A DNA stretch of 64,000 nucleotides from Dehalococcoidia bacterium (GCA_965247535.1 OZ252018.1:437046-501045), one strand, 5' to 3'; counted from the first letter of the stretch, positions 1-8,843 are shown. The notes: generated by a model not told the origin, from the sequence alone. Numbers and translations: made by a program.

Positions 1-80
1 GAATGGCTCTGGCCGGCGGCGTGGCTGCCACCGTCACATTCACCATTGGCAGGCTGGTGGGCACGACGCTGGTGGGCTAG
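1..80 (+). CDS. 3' end of a membrane-protein gene (partial; start lies upstream of the window)
   Basis: Frame 3 reads ...ALAGGVAATVTFTIGRLVGTTLVG, then TAG at 78-80. Only a hydrophobic tail is visible, so no family can be assigned. Confidence 0.25.
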   Translation, partial: MALAGGVAATVTFTIGRLVGTTLVG

Positions 81-102
81 CCGAGCGGCCTCCCGCCCGG
101 CG

Positions 103-1101
103 TTACGCCAGCCGGAACACCACTGCCAGCCCTACCAGGTAGATGCCCACGAAGAGCGGCGGGCTGGGCTCGAGGAGCGAGAACTGCTTCAACGGGCGTC
201 GCATCGCAAGCTGTACCAGTCCAAGCGACATGAGCAGAACGGCGAACAGCCCGGCGGCGACCGTGCCTGCGCTCGTGAAGCTGTAGAGCGAGCCGTCTGT
301 GTACGCCAGGTCTGCGGCCGCCAGGGCCACGATGTTGAAGGAGTTGGTGCCGTACATGTTGGCCAGGCCCAGGTCGTAGGCCTTCATGCGGAAGGCGGCG
401 ATTGTCGTCGTAAGCTCCGGCAGCGTGGTCACCACCGCCAGGGCCAGGACGCCGACAAAGCTGGAGCCTATGCCGGTGGCATCTGCGATGGCCTCGGCGC
501 TGATGGCAAGCGCGGGGCCGGAAACGAATATGGCGGCGGCGGCGGCGAGGAAGACAGTCCATCCCCACGCCAGCGAGTGAGCCGGTTCCTCCTCGTCCGC
601 CCCCTCAGACTCTTCGACCTCTGAGCTGAACTGGCGCAGTAGGCGTGAAATCACCACATAGACCGCGATGATTGCGATGGCCGGTATGCTCACGGCTAGC
701 AGCTTGAAGTCTATCTGCGTGACGGCAAAGAGCGTGGCCATTGCCGTCAGCAGTATGGCTGAGCCCGCAACCCACGTCTGCTGAGGCGCAAGCTGCCGGA
801 ATATCTCGCGCCCGCCGAACAGGGCCATCAGGATGGCCAGGTTGCTCATGTTGAGCATGTTGGCGCCGAGGATGTTTCCGGCGGCAAGCTCGGCGGAGCC
901 GCCGATGGCGGCCGCAACGGCCGTCACAAGCTCCGGCAACGACGTGGCCCCAGCCAGCAGCAGCGACCCGACCCACAGCCGTCCCAGGCCCATCCGGGAG
1001 GCAATTGTATCCGCGGCGGCCGTCAGGAATGACGCCGCCACGACAATCACCACGGCGGCGGCCAGGAACAGCCCTATGGCTGGGGTAAGGCTCAGCTCCA
1101 T
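103..1101 (-). CDS. CaCA-family sodium/calcium exchanger membrane protein (YrbG-like)
   Basis: Taken from the 385-aa ORF, with likely start ATG 1101 (MELSLTPAIGLF...). Two alpha-repeat-like segments are present (GATSLPELVTAV...AAGNILGANMLN and VTTLPELTTTIAA...ANMYGTNSFN). The protein is polytopic and hydrophobic. Confidence 0.85.
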   Translation of the reverse strand: MELSLTPAIGLFLAAAVVIVVAASFLTAAADTIASRMGLGRLWVGSLLLAGATSLPELVTAVAAAIGGSAELAAGNILGANMLNMSNLAILMALFGGREIFRQLAPQQTWVAGSAILLTAMATLFAVTQIDFKLLAVSIPAIAIIAVYVVISRLLRQFSSEVEESEGADEEEPAHSLAWGWTVFLAAAAAIFVSGPALAISAEAIADATGIGSSFVGVLALAVVTTLPELTTTIAAFRMKAYDLGLANMYGTNSFNIVALAAADLAYTDGSLYSFTSAGTVAAGLFAVLLMSLGLVQLAMRRPLKQFSLLEPSPPLFVGIYLVGLAVVFRLA

Positions 1102-1207
1102 GAAGCTCCGCGGGAGCGGAGGGGAGTCAGTCGCCGGTGCAACCTTGTAGGCCTGGAATATCCGGCTCGCCGGAGCGAGACAGCCCCGGACTGAGCGCGC
1201 GGGAGAT

Positions 1208-3892
1208 TCACTCCTGGACCTCCCGTCCTTCCTGGTCCAGAAGGCGTACGGAAACGCCAACCTCCCGCAGGCCCGGCTCGATTACCTCTCTGTCGCCCAC
1301 CACCAGCAGCGTCAGCCGGCCGTTGTCTATATTCTCCGCCGCGGCGCGTCTCACATTCTCCAGCGTCACCGCCTCTATAGCGGATGGAAAAGACTGGTAG
1401 TAGTCGTCCGGGAGGTTGAAGGATACGGTGTGCACGAGCTGCTCAAGCACCTGCCACGAAGTCTCGAAAGACGATGGGAACTGGCGCAGCATGGCCGACC
1501 TGGCCGCCTCGAACTCCGCCTCCGTGACGGGCCTCTCGCCCACCACGTCGCGGAGCTCTCGCAGTGTCTCCTCCACGGCCTCGCGGGTGACCGCCGTCTG
1601 CACGCCTCCGCCCACCATGAACAGCGACAGGCCACGATGCCACTCGAACCAGGAGCGGTAGCCGTAGCTGTAACCCTTGTCTTCTCTGAGGTTCATGTTG
1701 AGCCTGGCGGTGAACTGGCCGCCGAAGAGGTGGTTGAGCAGCGCGAGCGCAGGGTAGTCGGGATGCTGGCGCTCAACGCTTGTCAGCCCAACTCGTATCA
1801 CAGACTGCGCGGCGCCGGGCTTGTCCAGCAGGTACAGGGTTGTGGGAGTTGGCGCGGCGTCTTCAGCCGGCGCGGCCGCGTCAGGGCTGTCGCCGTTGGC
1901 GGCCTGCCAGGCTCCGAGCCACTGCTCCGCCTGTTCCGCGACCTCCCCGAGCGATACGTCTCCAACTACCACGAGCGTAGCCCCCTCTGGCCCGTAATTC
2001 CGGCCGTAGAAGGCCGCCATGTCCTCGCGTGTTATGGCCTCGACGGACTCCTCCGTACCGCTGGGGGGATGGCCGAAGGCGCTCTCCGTGCCCAGAATGA
2101 GACCCGGGGCGTGGCGTCCTGCCATGGCCGTCGGATCGTCCCGCATCCTCCTGAGCGAGGTGAGCCGCTCCCGGCGAAGACGGTCCATCTCGTCCACAGG
2201 AAAGACCGCGTTCTGCACCAGATCGGCTGCAATCTCCAGCGCCTTGGGGAAGTGGCGAGTCAGCGTCTCCGCGGCCAGGGTTGTCGACTCCCTGCCTGTA
2301 GCCGTGGCCAGCTGGCTGCCCATGAACTCCATTTCGTCGGCTATCTGACTGCTTGTGCGTGCGGTGGTGCCCTCCTGGACCATGGCCGTGGTGAAGGATG
2401 CGAGCCCGGGAAGCGTTACAGGGTCGCCGGCCGCGCCAGTATTCAAGACCAGTGCGAAAGACACGGCCGGGAGCTCTCGCCTCTCGACGACCAGGATCTC
2501 CAGGCCGTTCGATAACCTCTGGCGCTCCGGCATGGGAGGAGTGAACGCGGCGGGCGCCGCCGGTGTCGGGCGCTGCGTGCGGTCGATGCCGGCGCTGGCG
2601 TGGCTCCTGGACGGCTCCGGCAGGACCACCATCTGAACCTGCCGCTCGCCCATGTACACTCGCGCGGCCCGCTGCACGTCCTCCGGCTGGACCGCCAGGA
2701 ATCGGTCCATGTCCCGGTTGATGGCTCCCGGATCCCCCGCGAACACGTTGAAGGAGTTGAGACGGTTCGCTCTACCGCCAAACCCTCCGATGTTGGCGGT
2801 CAGGCGCACCTGCTGCCACTCGAGGCGGTTCCTGAAGCGCTCAAGCTCCTCCGGCTGAGGGGGAGCGTCCTGGAGGCGCCTGATCTCGGCTAGCGCAGCC
2901 TCAGCGACCTCCTCTGCGGAATGGCCCGCCGCCGCCGTTACGTCCACGTGGAAGTCCCCGGCGATCTCCGAGGGGCCGTGGCGGACCGCCGCGCTCTGCG
3001 CTATCCGCTTTTCGTACACCAGGGAACGATGCAGCCTTGAGCTCTTGCCGTCGCTTAGCAGGGAGGCCAGAACGGAGAGCGGGGCCTCGTCCGGGTGGAA
3101 GCGCGGGACAGTGGGCCACACGATCGACCAGCGAGGAAGCGTCACCTTGTCGTGGAGCGTGAGGTCTGCGCGGCCCTGCAGGGGCGAGTCGGTGCGGGTC
3201 GCTCGCGGCAATGCGGGGCCGGGCGGAATGTCGCCGAAGTAGCGCTCCGCCAGCTCGGCGGCCTGCTCAGGGCGAAAGTCGCCGGCGATGGCCAGGCTCG
3301 CGTTTGAGGGCGTGTAGAACCTCTGGAAGAAGGCCTTTGCGTCCTCCAAGGAAGCCGCGTCCAGGTCTTCGTGGAAGCCGATGGTGGGCCAGTGGTATGG
3401 ATGTGGCAGCGGATAGACCGCGCCCTGCAGGTGGATGCCGGAGACTCCGTAGGGTCGGTTCTCGTAGCTCTGGCGCCGCTCGTTTTTCACCACGTCGCGC
3501 TGGATGTCCATCCTGCCCTGGTCCAGCGCGTCCAGCAGGAAGCCCATCCGGTCCGACTCCAGCCAGAGAGCCAGCTCCAGGTAGTGGGATGGCAGGTTCT
3601 CCCAGTAGTTGGTCCTGTCGGGCGTGGTGGAGCCGTTGAGGGTTGCGCCCACTTCCTGCAGCGGCTCGAAGTAGCCGCTGTTGTGGTGCTTGGAGCCCTC
3701 GAACATGAGGTGCTCGAAGAGGTGGGCGTAGCCGGTCTTACCGGGCGTTTCGTCCTTGGAGCCGACGTGGTACCAGACGTTGACAGCCACCAGCGGCAGT
3801 GCGTTGTCCTGGTGAAGAATGACGTCCAGCCCGTTCGAAAGGGTGAACTTCTCGAAGTGTACTTGCTGCATGAACTCTCCGCCAATGAGCAT
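1208..3892 (-). CDS. M16-family zinc metallopeptidase, double-unit (insulinase/pitrilysin-like)
   Basis: 894 aa. The inverted zinc motif HxxEH (HLFEHLMFEG) sits near the N-terminus. A second M16-like half lacks the motif. An alternative start is ATG 3871. Confidence 0.9.
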   Translation of the reverse strand: MLIGGEFMQQVHFEKFTLSNGLDVILHQDNALPLVAVNVWYHVGSKDETPGKTGYAHLFEHLMFEGSKHHNSGYFEPLQEVGATLNGSTTPDRTNYWENLPSHYLELALWLESDRMGFLLDALDQGRMDIQRDVVKNERRQSYENRPYGVSGIHLQGAVYPLPHPYHWPTIGFHEDLDAASLEDAKAFFQRFYTPSNASLAIAGDFRPEQAAELAERYFGDIPPGPALPRATRTDSPLQGRADLTLHDKVTLPRWSIVWPTVPRFHPDEAPLSVLASLLSDGKSSRLHRSLVYEKRIAQSAAVRHGPSEIAGDFHVDVTAAAGHSAEEVAEAALAEIRRLQDAPPQPEELERFRNRLEWQQVRLTANIGGFGGRANRLNSFNVFAGDPGAINRDMDRFLAVQPEDVQRAARVYMGERQVQMVVLPEPSRSHASAGIDRTQRPTPAAPAAFTPPMPERQRLSNGLEILVVERRELPAVSFALVLNTGAAGDPVTLPGLASFTTAMVQEGTTARTSSQIADEMEFMGSQLATATGRESTTLAAETLTRHFPKALEIAADLVQNAVFPVDEMDRLRRERLTSLRRMRDDPTAMAGRHAPGLILGTESAFGHPPSGTEESVEAITREDMAAFYGRNYGPEGATLVVVGDVSLGEVAEQAEQWLGAWQAANGDSPDAAAPAEDAAPTPTTLYLLDKPGAAQSVIRVGLTSVERQHPDYPALALLNHLFGGQFTARLNMNLREDKGYSYGYRSWFEWHRGLSLFMVGGGVQTAVTREAVEETLRELRDVVGERPVTEAEFEAARSAMLRQFPSSFETSWQVLEQLVHTVSFNLPDDYYQSFPSAIEAVTLENVRRAAAENIDNGRLTLLVVGDREVIEPGLREVGVSVRLLDQEGREVQE

Positions 3893-4112
3893 TGCGGCCC
3901 GCGTGGGCCAGCATGAACAGCGACAAGCGGATTATACCCCGCGCGCCGCCATATCGCTACTGGCAAGGGCTCGGGACGCGCGAGGTCGCGGCGCGGTGCA
4001 CGCTGGGACGCAGGTTCGTCGGCGTGTGCGGGGCCGGGCATGCGCCGCGGAGCTTGACACCGCGCCATTTGCGAGTACGCTACGCTCTACCACGCTACCA
4101 GGAGTGTAAGCC

Positions 4113-5195
4113 ATGGACAACGTCGAATCCCTGCTGCAGGAGCTGACCAACGCGCACGGCCCTTCCGGCTTCGAGGGCCCGGTACGGGCAATCATGCAGC
4201 GCGAGCTGTCCGGCGTATGCGACGGCCTGGAAACGGACGGCATCGGCTCGCTCATCGGGAGGCTGGGCGAGGAGAGCGGCTCGCCCAGGGTTATGATGGC
4301 CGCCCACATGGACGAGGTGGGCCTCATAGTCAAGCTGATAACCAAAGAAGGATACGTGATGTTCCAAACCCTGGGAGGTTGGCTGGACCAGGCCCTCATC
4401 AATCAGCGATGGGTCATCATGACAAGGAACGGCCCTGTTCTCGGGGTCACCGGCGTGAAGACCGTACACGTGATGACCGCCGAGGCTCGGGGCCAGCTGT
4501 TCAAGAAAGAGCAGATGTTCATCGACGTGGGCGCATCCAGCAAGGAGGACGCCGAGGAGCGCCTGGCGATCCGGCCCGGCGACCCCATAGCGCCGGACAG
4601 CCTGTTCACGTCGCTCAACGGCGGCTCGCTGTACATGGCCAAGGCATGGGACGATCGCGTTGGCCTGGGCGTCATCGTCGAGGTTATGCGCCGCCTCAGG
4701 GAGTCGCCGCCGCCCAGCACGCTGTACGGAGTGGCCACCGTGCAGGAGGAGATAGGCCTGCGAGGCGCGCACACCAGCAGCTATGCCGTTGAGCCGGACT
4801 TGGGGATCAATCTGGAGACCGGCGTTGCTAGCGACTACCCTGGCATCACGCAGGAGGAGGCGCAGGAAAAGATAGGGAATGGCCCCTCCATCTTCCTGCA
4901 CGACTCTTCGATGGTGCCCAACCTCAAGCTGCGCGACCTGTTCGTGGACACGGCGCGCGAGAATGACATTCCGGTCCAGTTCGACGTGCTCAGCGGCTAC
5001 GGCGAGGACGGAGCGGAGATGCAGAGGTCTCGCAGCGGCGCGCCTTCCATCAACATCGCCATTCCCACTCGCTATCTCCACAGCCACAATGGCATCATCA
5101 GCCGGCAGGACTTCGACCGGACGGTGGACCTGGTAGTGGCGGTGGTGAGGAAGCTGGACGCGGACACGGTGCGGGAGCTGCGCAGCTTCGATTAG
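4113..5195 (+). CDS. M42-family aminopeptidase (FrvX/CelM/PepA-like)
   Basis: 360 aa. The N-terminus LLQELTNAHGPSGFEGPVR is typical of the family. Metal-ligand segments are present: AAHMDEVGL, WDDRVG, VQEEIGLRGA. Confidence 0.9.
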   Translation: MDNVESLLQELTNAHGPSGFEGPVRAIMQRELSGVCDGLETDGIGSLIGRLGEESGSPRVMMAAHMDEVGLIVKLITKEGYVMFQTLGGWLDQALINQRWVIMTRNGPVLGVTGVKTVHVMTAEARGQLFKKEQMFIDVGASSKEDAEERLAIRPGDPIAPDSLFTSLNGGSLYMAKAWDDRVGLGVIVEVMRRLRESPPPSTLYGVATVQEEIGLRGAHTSSYAVEPDLGINLETGVASDYPGITQEEAQEKIGNGPSIFLHDSSMVPNLKLRDLFVDTARENDIPVQFDVLSGYGEDGAEMQRSRSGAPSINIAIPTRYLHSHNGIISRQDFDRTVDLVVAVVRKLDADTVRELRSFD

Positions 5196-5360
5196 GCGCG
5201 GTCGCCGACCGCGCCCGAGTCCCCTCAGCCGCATGTGCTGAGCCTGTCGGTGGCCGAGCGGGCACCCGTCCCGCCCACTCTGGCGTCTATTCCTCGTGCC
5301 GACCCGTCGTCGCGCCGCGCGTGCATGCCGGATTGCGACAAGTTAGTGGACAGTGTCAGG

Positions 5361-5388
5361 TTGCATGTCCACATATATCAGATATAAT
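5361..5388 (+). promoter_or_regulatory. Sigma70-type promoter candidate for the Fic gene
   Basis: TTGCAT (5361-5366), a 16-nt spacer, then TATAAT (5383-5388), in an AT-rich patch. GGAC-N3-GTC palindromes flank it at 5348-5357, 5407-5416 and 5419-5429. Confidence 0.45.
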
Positions 5389-5404
5389 ATAGGCGTCAAA
5401 GCTA

Positions 5405-6577
5405 TTGGACACTGTCATGGACGGTGTCCGTATATTGGGGGTAAGGTTGCCAAGCTGGAGCGTCCATTTCGATCTGACCGTACGGGCCGAAACGCCGCAG
5501 ATCATTCGCGACCTTGCCAGGATTCACGCCTTGGCCTCCGTCATTCGCGGCATCCCAATTCCGCCACACGTACAGCACAGGCTGGACAGGCTGAACATAC
5601 TTCGCGCCGCCCGCGGCACCATCGGCATCGAGGGAACGGAGCTGTCCGAGGAAGAAGTCGAGTTGGTTATGGACTCCCCTCCGGACCAGCCTGCCCTTGG
5701 CCCCGGCCGCGAGCGAGAGGAAAAGGAGGCCAGGAACGCCGCGGCTGTCATGCACTACATCCGGGATTACGTGAACGCCAACCCTGAAGCTCGGCTCACC
5801 GAGCCACTCATACGCCACTTCCATCGCGCGCTTACGGAGGGGATTGACTACCAGCGCAACATCCCCGGCGGCTATCGCAGCCACGCTGTCAACGTGGGCT
5901 ACTACCGGCCGCCCGACACCGGCGAACAGGTGCGGCAGCTGATGGCCAAGCTCCTGGAGTGGTTCAACACTGGTGTGGCGGCGTCCTGGGACCCCGTGGT
6001 GCGGGCGATCGTCGCCCACTTCTACGTGGTCAGCATACACCCGTTCGGTGATGGCAACGGGCGCACGTCCAGGGCCGTGGAGAGCTACCTCCTGTACGGG
6101 GCTGGCGTTAACGCCCGCGGCTTCTTCTCGCTGGCCAACTACTTCTACGTGAATCGGCAGGAATACGCGGATCAGTTGAACCTGGTGCAGCTACGAGGTT
6201 CGACGGACTTGACTCCTTTCGTGTCCTTTGCGCTCCGCGGGTTGGTGGAGGAACTGGAGGCGGTGCACGAGGAGGTGCTGGCGGAGGTGAGGGTAATCGC
6301 CTTCCGAGACTACGCACGCGAGACGCTGTCGAAGCACGACCGGCTGGGCACATCGGCGGGCGAGAGACAACTGCGTCTCCTTATACACATGGGCAGAAGC
6401 CCTGTATCACTTAAGGAGCTTCGGTCCGGCAGGCACCCACTATCGCACCTGTACCGTGGCGTGAGCGGACGTACGCTGGCTCGGGATGTGCGATGGTTGC
6501 GGGAGCATCAGCTGGTCGAAATCGACGGTGATGAGATGCGAGCCCGCGTAGACCTGATGACGGACTTCACCGCGTGA
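5405..6577 (+). CDS. Fic-domain protein (AMPylase-type motif, class II auto-inhibited) with a C-terminal winged-helix-like tail
   Basis: Canonical HPFGDGNGRTSR motif. TIGIEG fits the (S/T)xxxE(G/N) inhibitory motif. The exact start is uncertain (TTG 5405 or ATG 5417, neither with an SD). Confidence 0.9.
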   Translation: MDTVMDGVRILGVRLPSWSVHFDLTVRAETPQIIRDLARIHALASVIRGIPIPPHVQHRLDRLNILRAARGTIGIEGTELSEEEVELVMDSPPDQPALGPGREREEKEARNAAAVMHYIRDYVNANPEARLTEPLIRHFHRALTEGIDYQRNIPGGYRSHAVNVGYYRPPDTGEQVRQLMAKLLEWFNTGVAASWDPVVRAIVAHFYVVSIHPFGDGNGRTSRAVESYLLYGAGVNARGFFSLANYFYVNRQEYADQLNLVQLRGSTDLTPFVSFALRGLVEELEAVHEEVLAEVRVIAFRDYARETLSKHDRLGTSAGERQLRLLIHMGRSPVSLKELRSGRHPLSHLYRGVSGRTLARDVRWLREHQLVEIDGDEMRARVDLMTDFTA

Positions 6578-6611
6578 CAGCTGTCTACGGTGGCTATAAC
6601 CGGCCCGCTAA

Positions 6612-6646
6612 TAGCGCAAAATGAAAGACCCCGAAGCGCTTCGGTC
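6612..6646 (-). terminator. Rho-independent terminator candidate
   Basis: The minus strand reads GACCGAAGCGCTTCGGGGTC followed by TTTCATTTT. On the plus strand it could also stop the convergent Fic gene, although no T-run follows on that strand. Confidence 0.5.
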
Positions 6647-6812
6647 TGCGACCGTCCCGGTGGACTTGAGCCGGGAGCTTCGGGGTCCGGTGCCTGCCGG
6701 TATTCCGCAAGCGGATACCGGAGCGCCTTGCGTCCGGTGCCGTTTACGCTACAGACACCTCACTAGAAGTCCGTTTATCAGATAACAATATGGATCACCT
6801 CCTTTCTTAGCG
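6612..6812 (-). ncRNA. Candidate structured small transcript: extended anti-16S SD, 14-codon ORF, nested hairpins and terminator
   Basis: Possible promoter on the minus strand: TTGCGC (6849-6844), 18 nt, TATCTT (6825-6820). AAGAAAGGAGGTGATCCA (complement of 6791-6808). TTG ORF 6788-6744. Hairpins at 6697-6721 and 6627-6687. U-rich tail. No downstream gene on this strand. Confidence 0.35.
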
Positions 6813-6899
6813 TACCCACAAGATACACCCAGTATTTCCGCCAGCGCAAGGGGGTTTTCCAACTATTTTCTTTGACAAGGGCCGTTTGGGCGTGCCGAT

Positions 6900-7544
6900 T
6901 CAGCCCTCGCCCTCTCCGGCCTCCTCCTTCTGCACCATGTCCGCCACCCTCTTGAACAGGTCGTAGGGCTGCGCTCCGGAGAAGAAGTAACGCCCTATGA
7001 TGAAGGAGGGGATGCCCCTGACTCCAATCGAGAGGGCCTCCTCGTACTGCGTCTGCGCGGCGGCGGTGTAGTGGCCCGCGCCCACGCGCTCCTCCATTGA
7101 GGCGGGGTCAAGTCCCACCTGCTTGCCAATCTGCTGGAGAACCGATAGCTCCCCCAGGTTCGCTCCGTCCTCCCATAAGGCGCGGTAGCACTCCCGGTGG
7201 AACGGCTCAAAAAGGCCCTCGTCCTTGGCGAACTCGGAGGCCTCGAAAGCCAGGCGGGTGTTCGGCGTTACAGGCGCGCGGCGCATTACGAGCCCCGACT
7301 CCTCCGCCACCTCGCCCAGGTGGCCTGTCAGTGGCGACCCCGGCTGCTCGCCTTCCTTCTGCTCTCGCACGACGCCCTCGGGGGGCATGTCAGGCCTGAG
7401 GTAGAAGCTCTTGTAGGTAACGTCTAACGGAAAGTCCTGTTCCAGCTGGTCCAACCTGGCCAGTCCCACGTAGCACCAGGGTCAGATGTAGTCGTACCAG
7501 ACGGTAACGGGGACAAGCTTCGTGCCTGAATCACTTGCAGTCAT
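6900..7544 (-). CDS. DsbA/FrnE-family thiol:disulfide oxidoreductase, candidate selenoprotein (in-frame TGA at 7482-7484 = codon 21)
   Basis: ORFs 7482..7718 and 6900..7469 share one frame. Read-through gives VTVWYDYI-U-PWCYVGLARL, with the TGA at the first Cys of the CPWC motif. ATG 7544 has GGGAGGTG 5 nt upstream. A hairpin lies at 7442-7463. Confidence 0.7.
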
Positions 7545-7638
7545 GGGGCACCTCCCTTCGGGCCTGCGGCGGATGGCTCGCCCTGCCATTCTATAGGATG
7601 CGGCCCAAACTCGCCATACGCCGGTAGCCGGCCTGGCG

Positions 7639-7944
7639 TTAGCCCAGCAGGCACTCCTGGCAGCGGCACAGGCGCCGCAGCAGCTCAAACGGGTAGATGC
7701 CGGAGTCGTGGGCGTCACTCCAGAGGAATTGCACGGCGTAGCGGCCTATCTGCATCCATTCGACGGCAAATACGTCCTCCCGCACGTCGTCCTCCGTAAT
7801 CCTTCGGCGGCCCGTCATCTCCTCCACGCACCCGGCGCAGCAGCAGTGGCCGCGCAGGTAGCGGTGCGGGTAGAAGCCCGCGTGTCCGTCGTCCCAGTCT
7901 ATGTGGACGCCGTCGTCCTCGATCTTGAGGTCACGAAGCATCAA
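7639..7944 (-). CDS. DUF971 protein (gamma-butyrobetaine hydroxylase-like N-terminal zinc domain)
   Basis: 101 aa. HIDWDDGHAGFYPHRYLRGHCCCAGC and LWSDAHDSGIYPFELLR resemble the DUF971 family signature. Confidence 0.75.
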   Translation of the reverse strand: MMLRDLKIEDDGVHIDWDDGHAGFYPHRYLRGHCCCAGCVEEMTGRRRITEDDVREDVFAVEWMQIGRYAVQFLWSDAHDSGIYPFELLRRLCRCQECLLG

Positions 7945-8007
7945 GCCTCCTCCTCGTCAACCCGCGGCGTGGCCGCGCGGAATGCAGGCAGAATGTCGGT
8001 CTAAGCA

Positions 8008-8352
8008 TCAGCCCATCGCCCCCAGGCGATTGCCCCCAAGCACGTGCAGGTGCAGATGGTCGACCTCCTGCCCGGAGTCCGGCCCCTGGTTGATGACCAG
8101 TCTGTACCCCGACTCGGCGATGCCTTCGCGCCGCGCCGCCTCACTCGCCATCATCATCATGTGTCCGAGCAGGCCGCCCCCGTCCGGGTCGAAGCACGCG
8201 ATCTGCGTCACGTGCTCGAGCGGGATCACGAGCAGGTGCGTCGACGCCTTGGGGCTGATGTCCCGGATGACGAATGCTGTGTCGTCGCGGTCCAGCATAT
8301 CGCTGGGGACGTCGCCCCGCGCGATTCCGCAGAAGATGCACTGGTCGGTCAT
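8008..8352 (-). CDS. HIT-family (histidine triad) nucleotide hydrolase
   Basis: 114 aa with CIFCGIARGD at the N-terminus and the histidine triad HLHLHVLGG. Confidence 0.9.
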   Translation of the reverse strand: MTDQCIFCGIARGDVPSDMLDRDDTAFVIRDISPKASTHLLVIPLEHVTQIACFDPDGGGLLGHMMMMASEAARREGIAESGYRLVINQGPDSGQEVDHLHLHVLGGNRLGAMG

Positions 8353-8449
8353 GGGAAACTGTTACTCCTGTGCCACTCCGGGCCGCGTGTCCCTGCGACT
8401 CAAACCGCGCAGGAAGGGTCCGGAACCTGAGCAGCGGGTGCTACGCCCG

Positions 8450-8686
8450 CTACATGCTCACCGAGAGGTAGGTTGTGGTACGCTGGATACCGCCGATGGT
8501 GTGGATGTTGCCCGTGACCAGGTCACCGATGGCGTTCAGGCTTTCCGCCTCAACCACGGCCACCACGTCGTACTCGCCCGTGACCGCGTCAGCCTCCCTC
8601 ACGCCGTTAACCGAACGGAGCGCCATCAGCACGTCCCTGGTCTTGCCAACCGCAGTCGAAATGAGCACGTACGCCTTGGTAGTCAT
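8450..8686 (-). CDS. Stand-alone Lrp/AsnC ligand-binding (RAM) domain protein
   Basis: 78 aa. AYVLI...V..LMALRSVNGVREADAVTGEYDVVAVVEAESL matches the RAM-domain pattern. There is no HTH. Confidence 0.75.
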   Translation of the reverse strand: MTTKAYVLISTAVGKTRDVLMALRSVNGVREADAVTGEYDVVAVVEAESLNAIGDLVTGNIHTIGGIQRTTTYLSVSM

Positions 8687-8843
8687 GAATCTGCCTCCTT
8701 GCCATCGCGGTGCGCCTTATCGCCCTGCCTCCGCCGCGGATTCCAGGACACGCCCATTCTAGGATTGGCGCGTATGGCTGTCAAATGCTGCTGATGCGTA
8801 ACTCTCACGACTTGGTACAATTGCGAAATCGCTTGTAGGATTC

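Noticed and set aside
4095-6040. Minus-strand ORFs 4095..5234 and 5402..6040.
   Set aside because: They are antisense to the M42 peptidase and Fic genes.
6612-6740. tRNA-Sec (selC) or a guanidine-III-like riboswitch next to the candidate selenoprotein gene.
   Set aside because: There is no 7-nt anticodon loop with UCA and no tRNA cloverleaf. The CCGGACG...CCGG resemblance to guanidine-III lacks the 3' pseudoknot partner (no GCGCC complement).
6621-6785. 54-codon plus-strand ORF (MKDPEALRSATVP...).
   Set aside because: It has no SD. It runs through the hairpin region, and its length is unremarkable for GC-rich DNA.
6740-6810. Possible 16S rRNA gene fragment, because of TGGATCACCTCCTTTCT on the plus strand.
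   Set aside because: The preceding sequence (ccgtttatcagataacaata) does not match the conserved 16S helix 45 / GTAACAAGGTA region. Only the terminal ~17 nt match.
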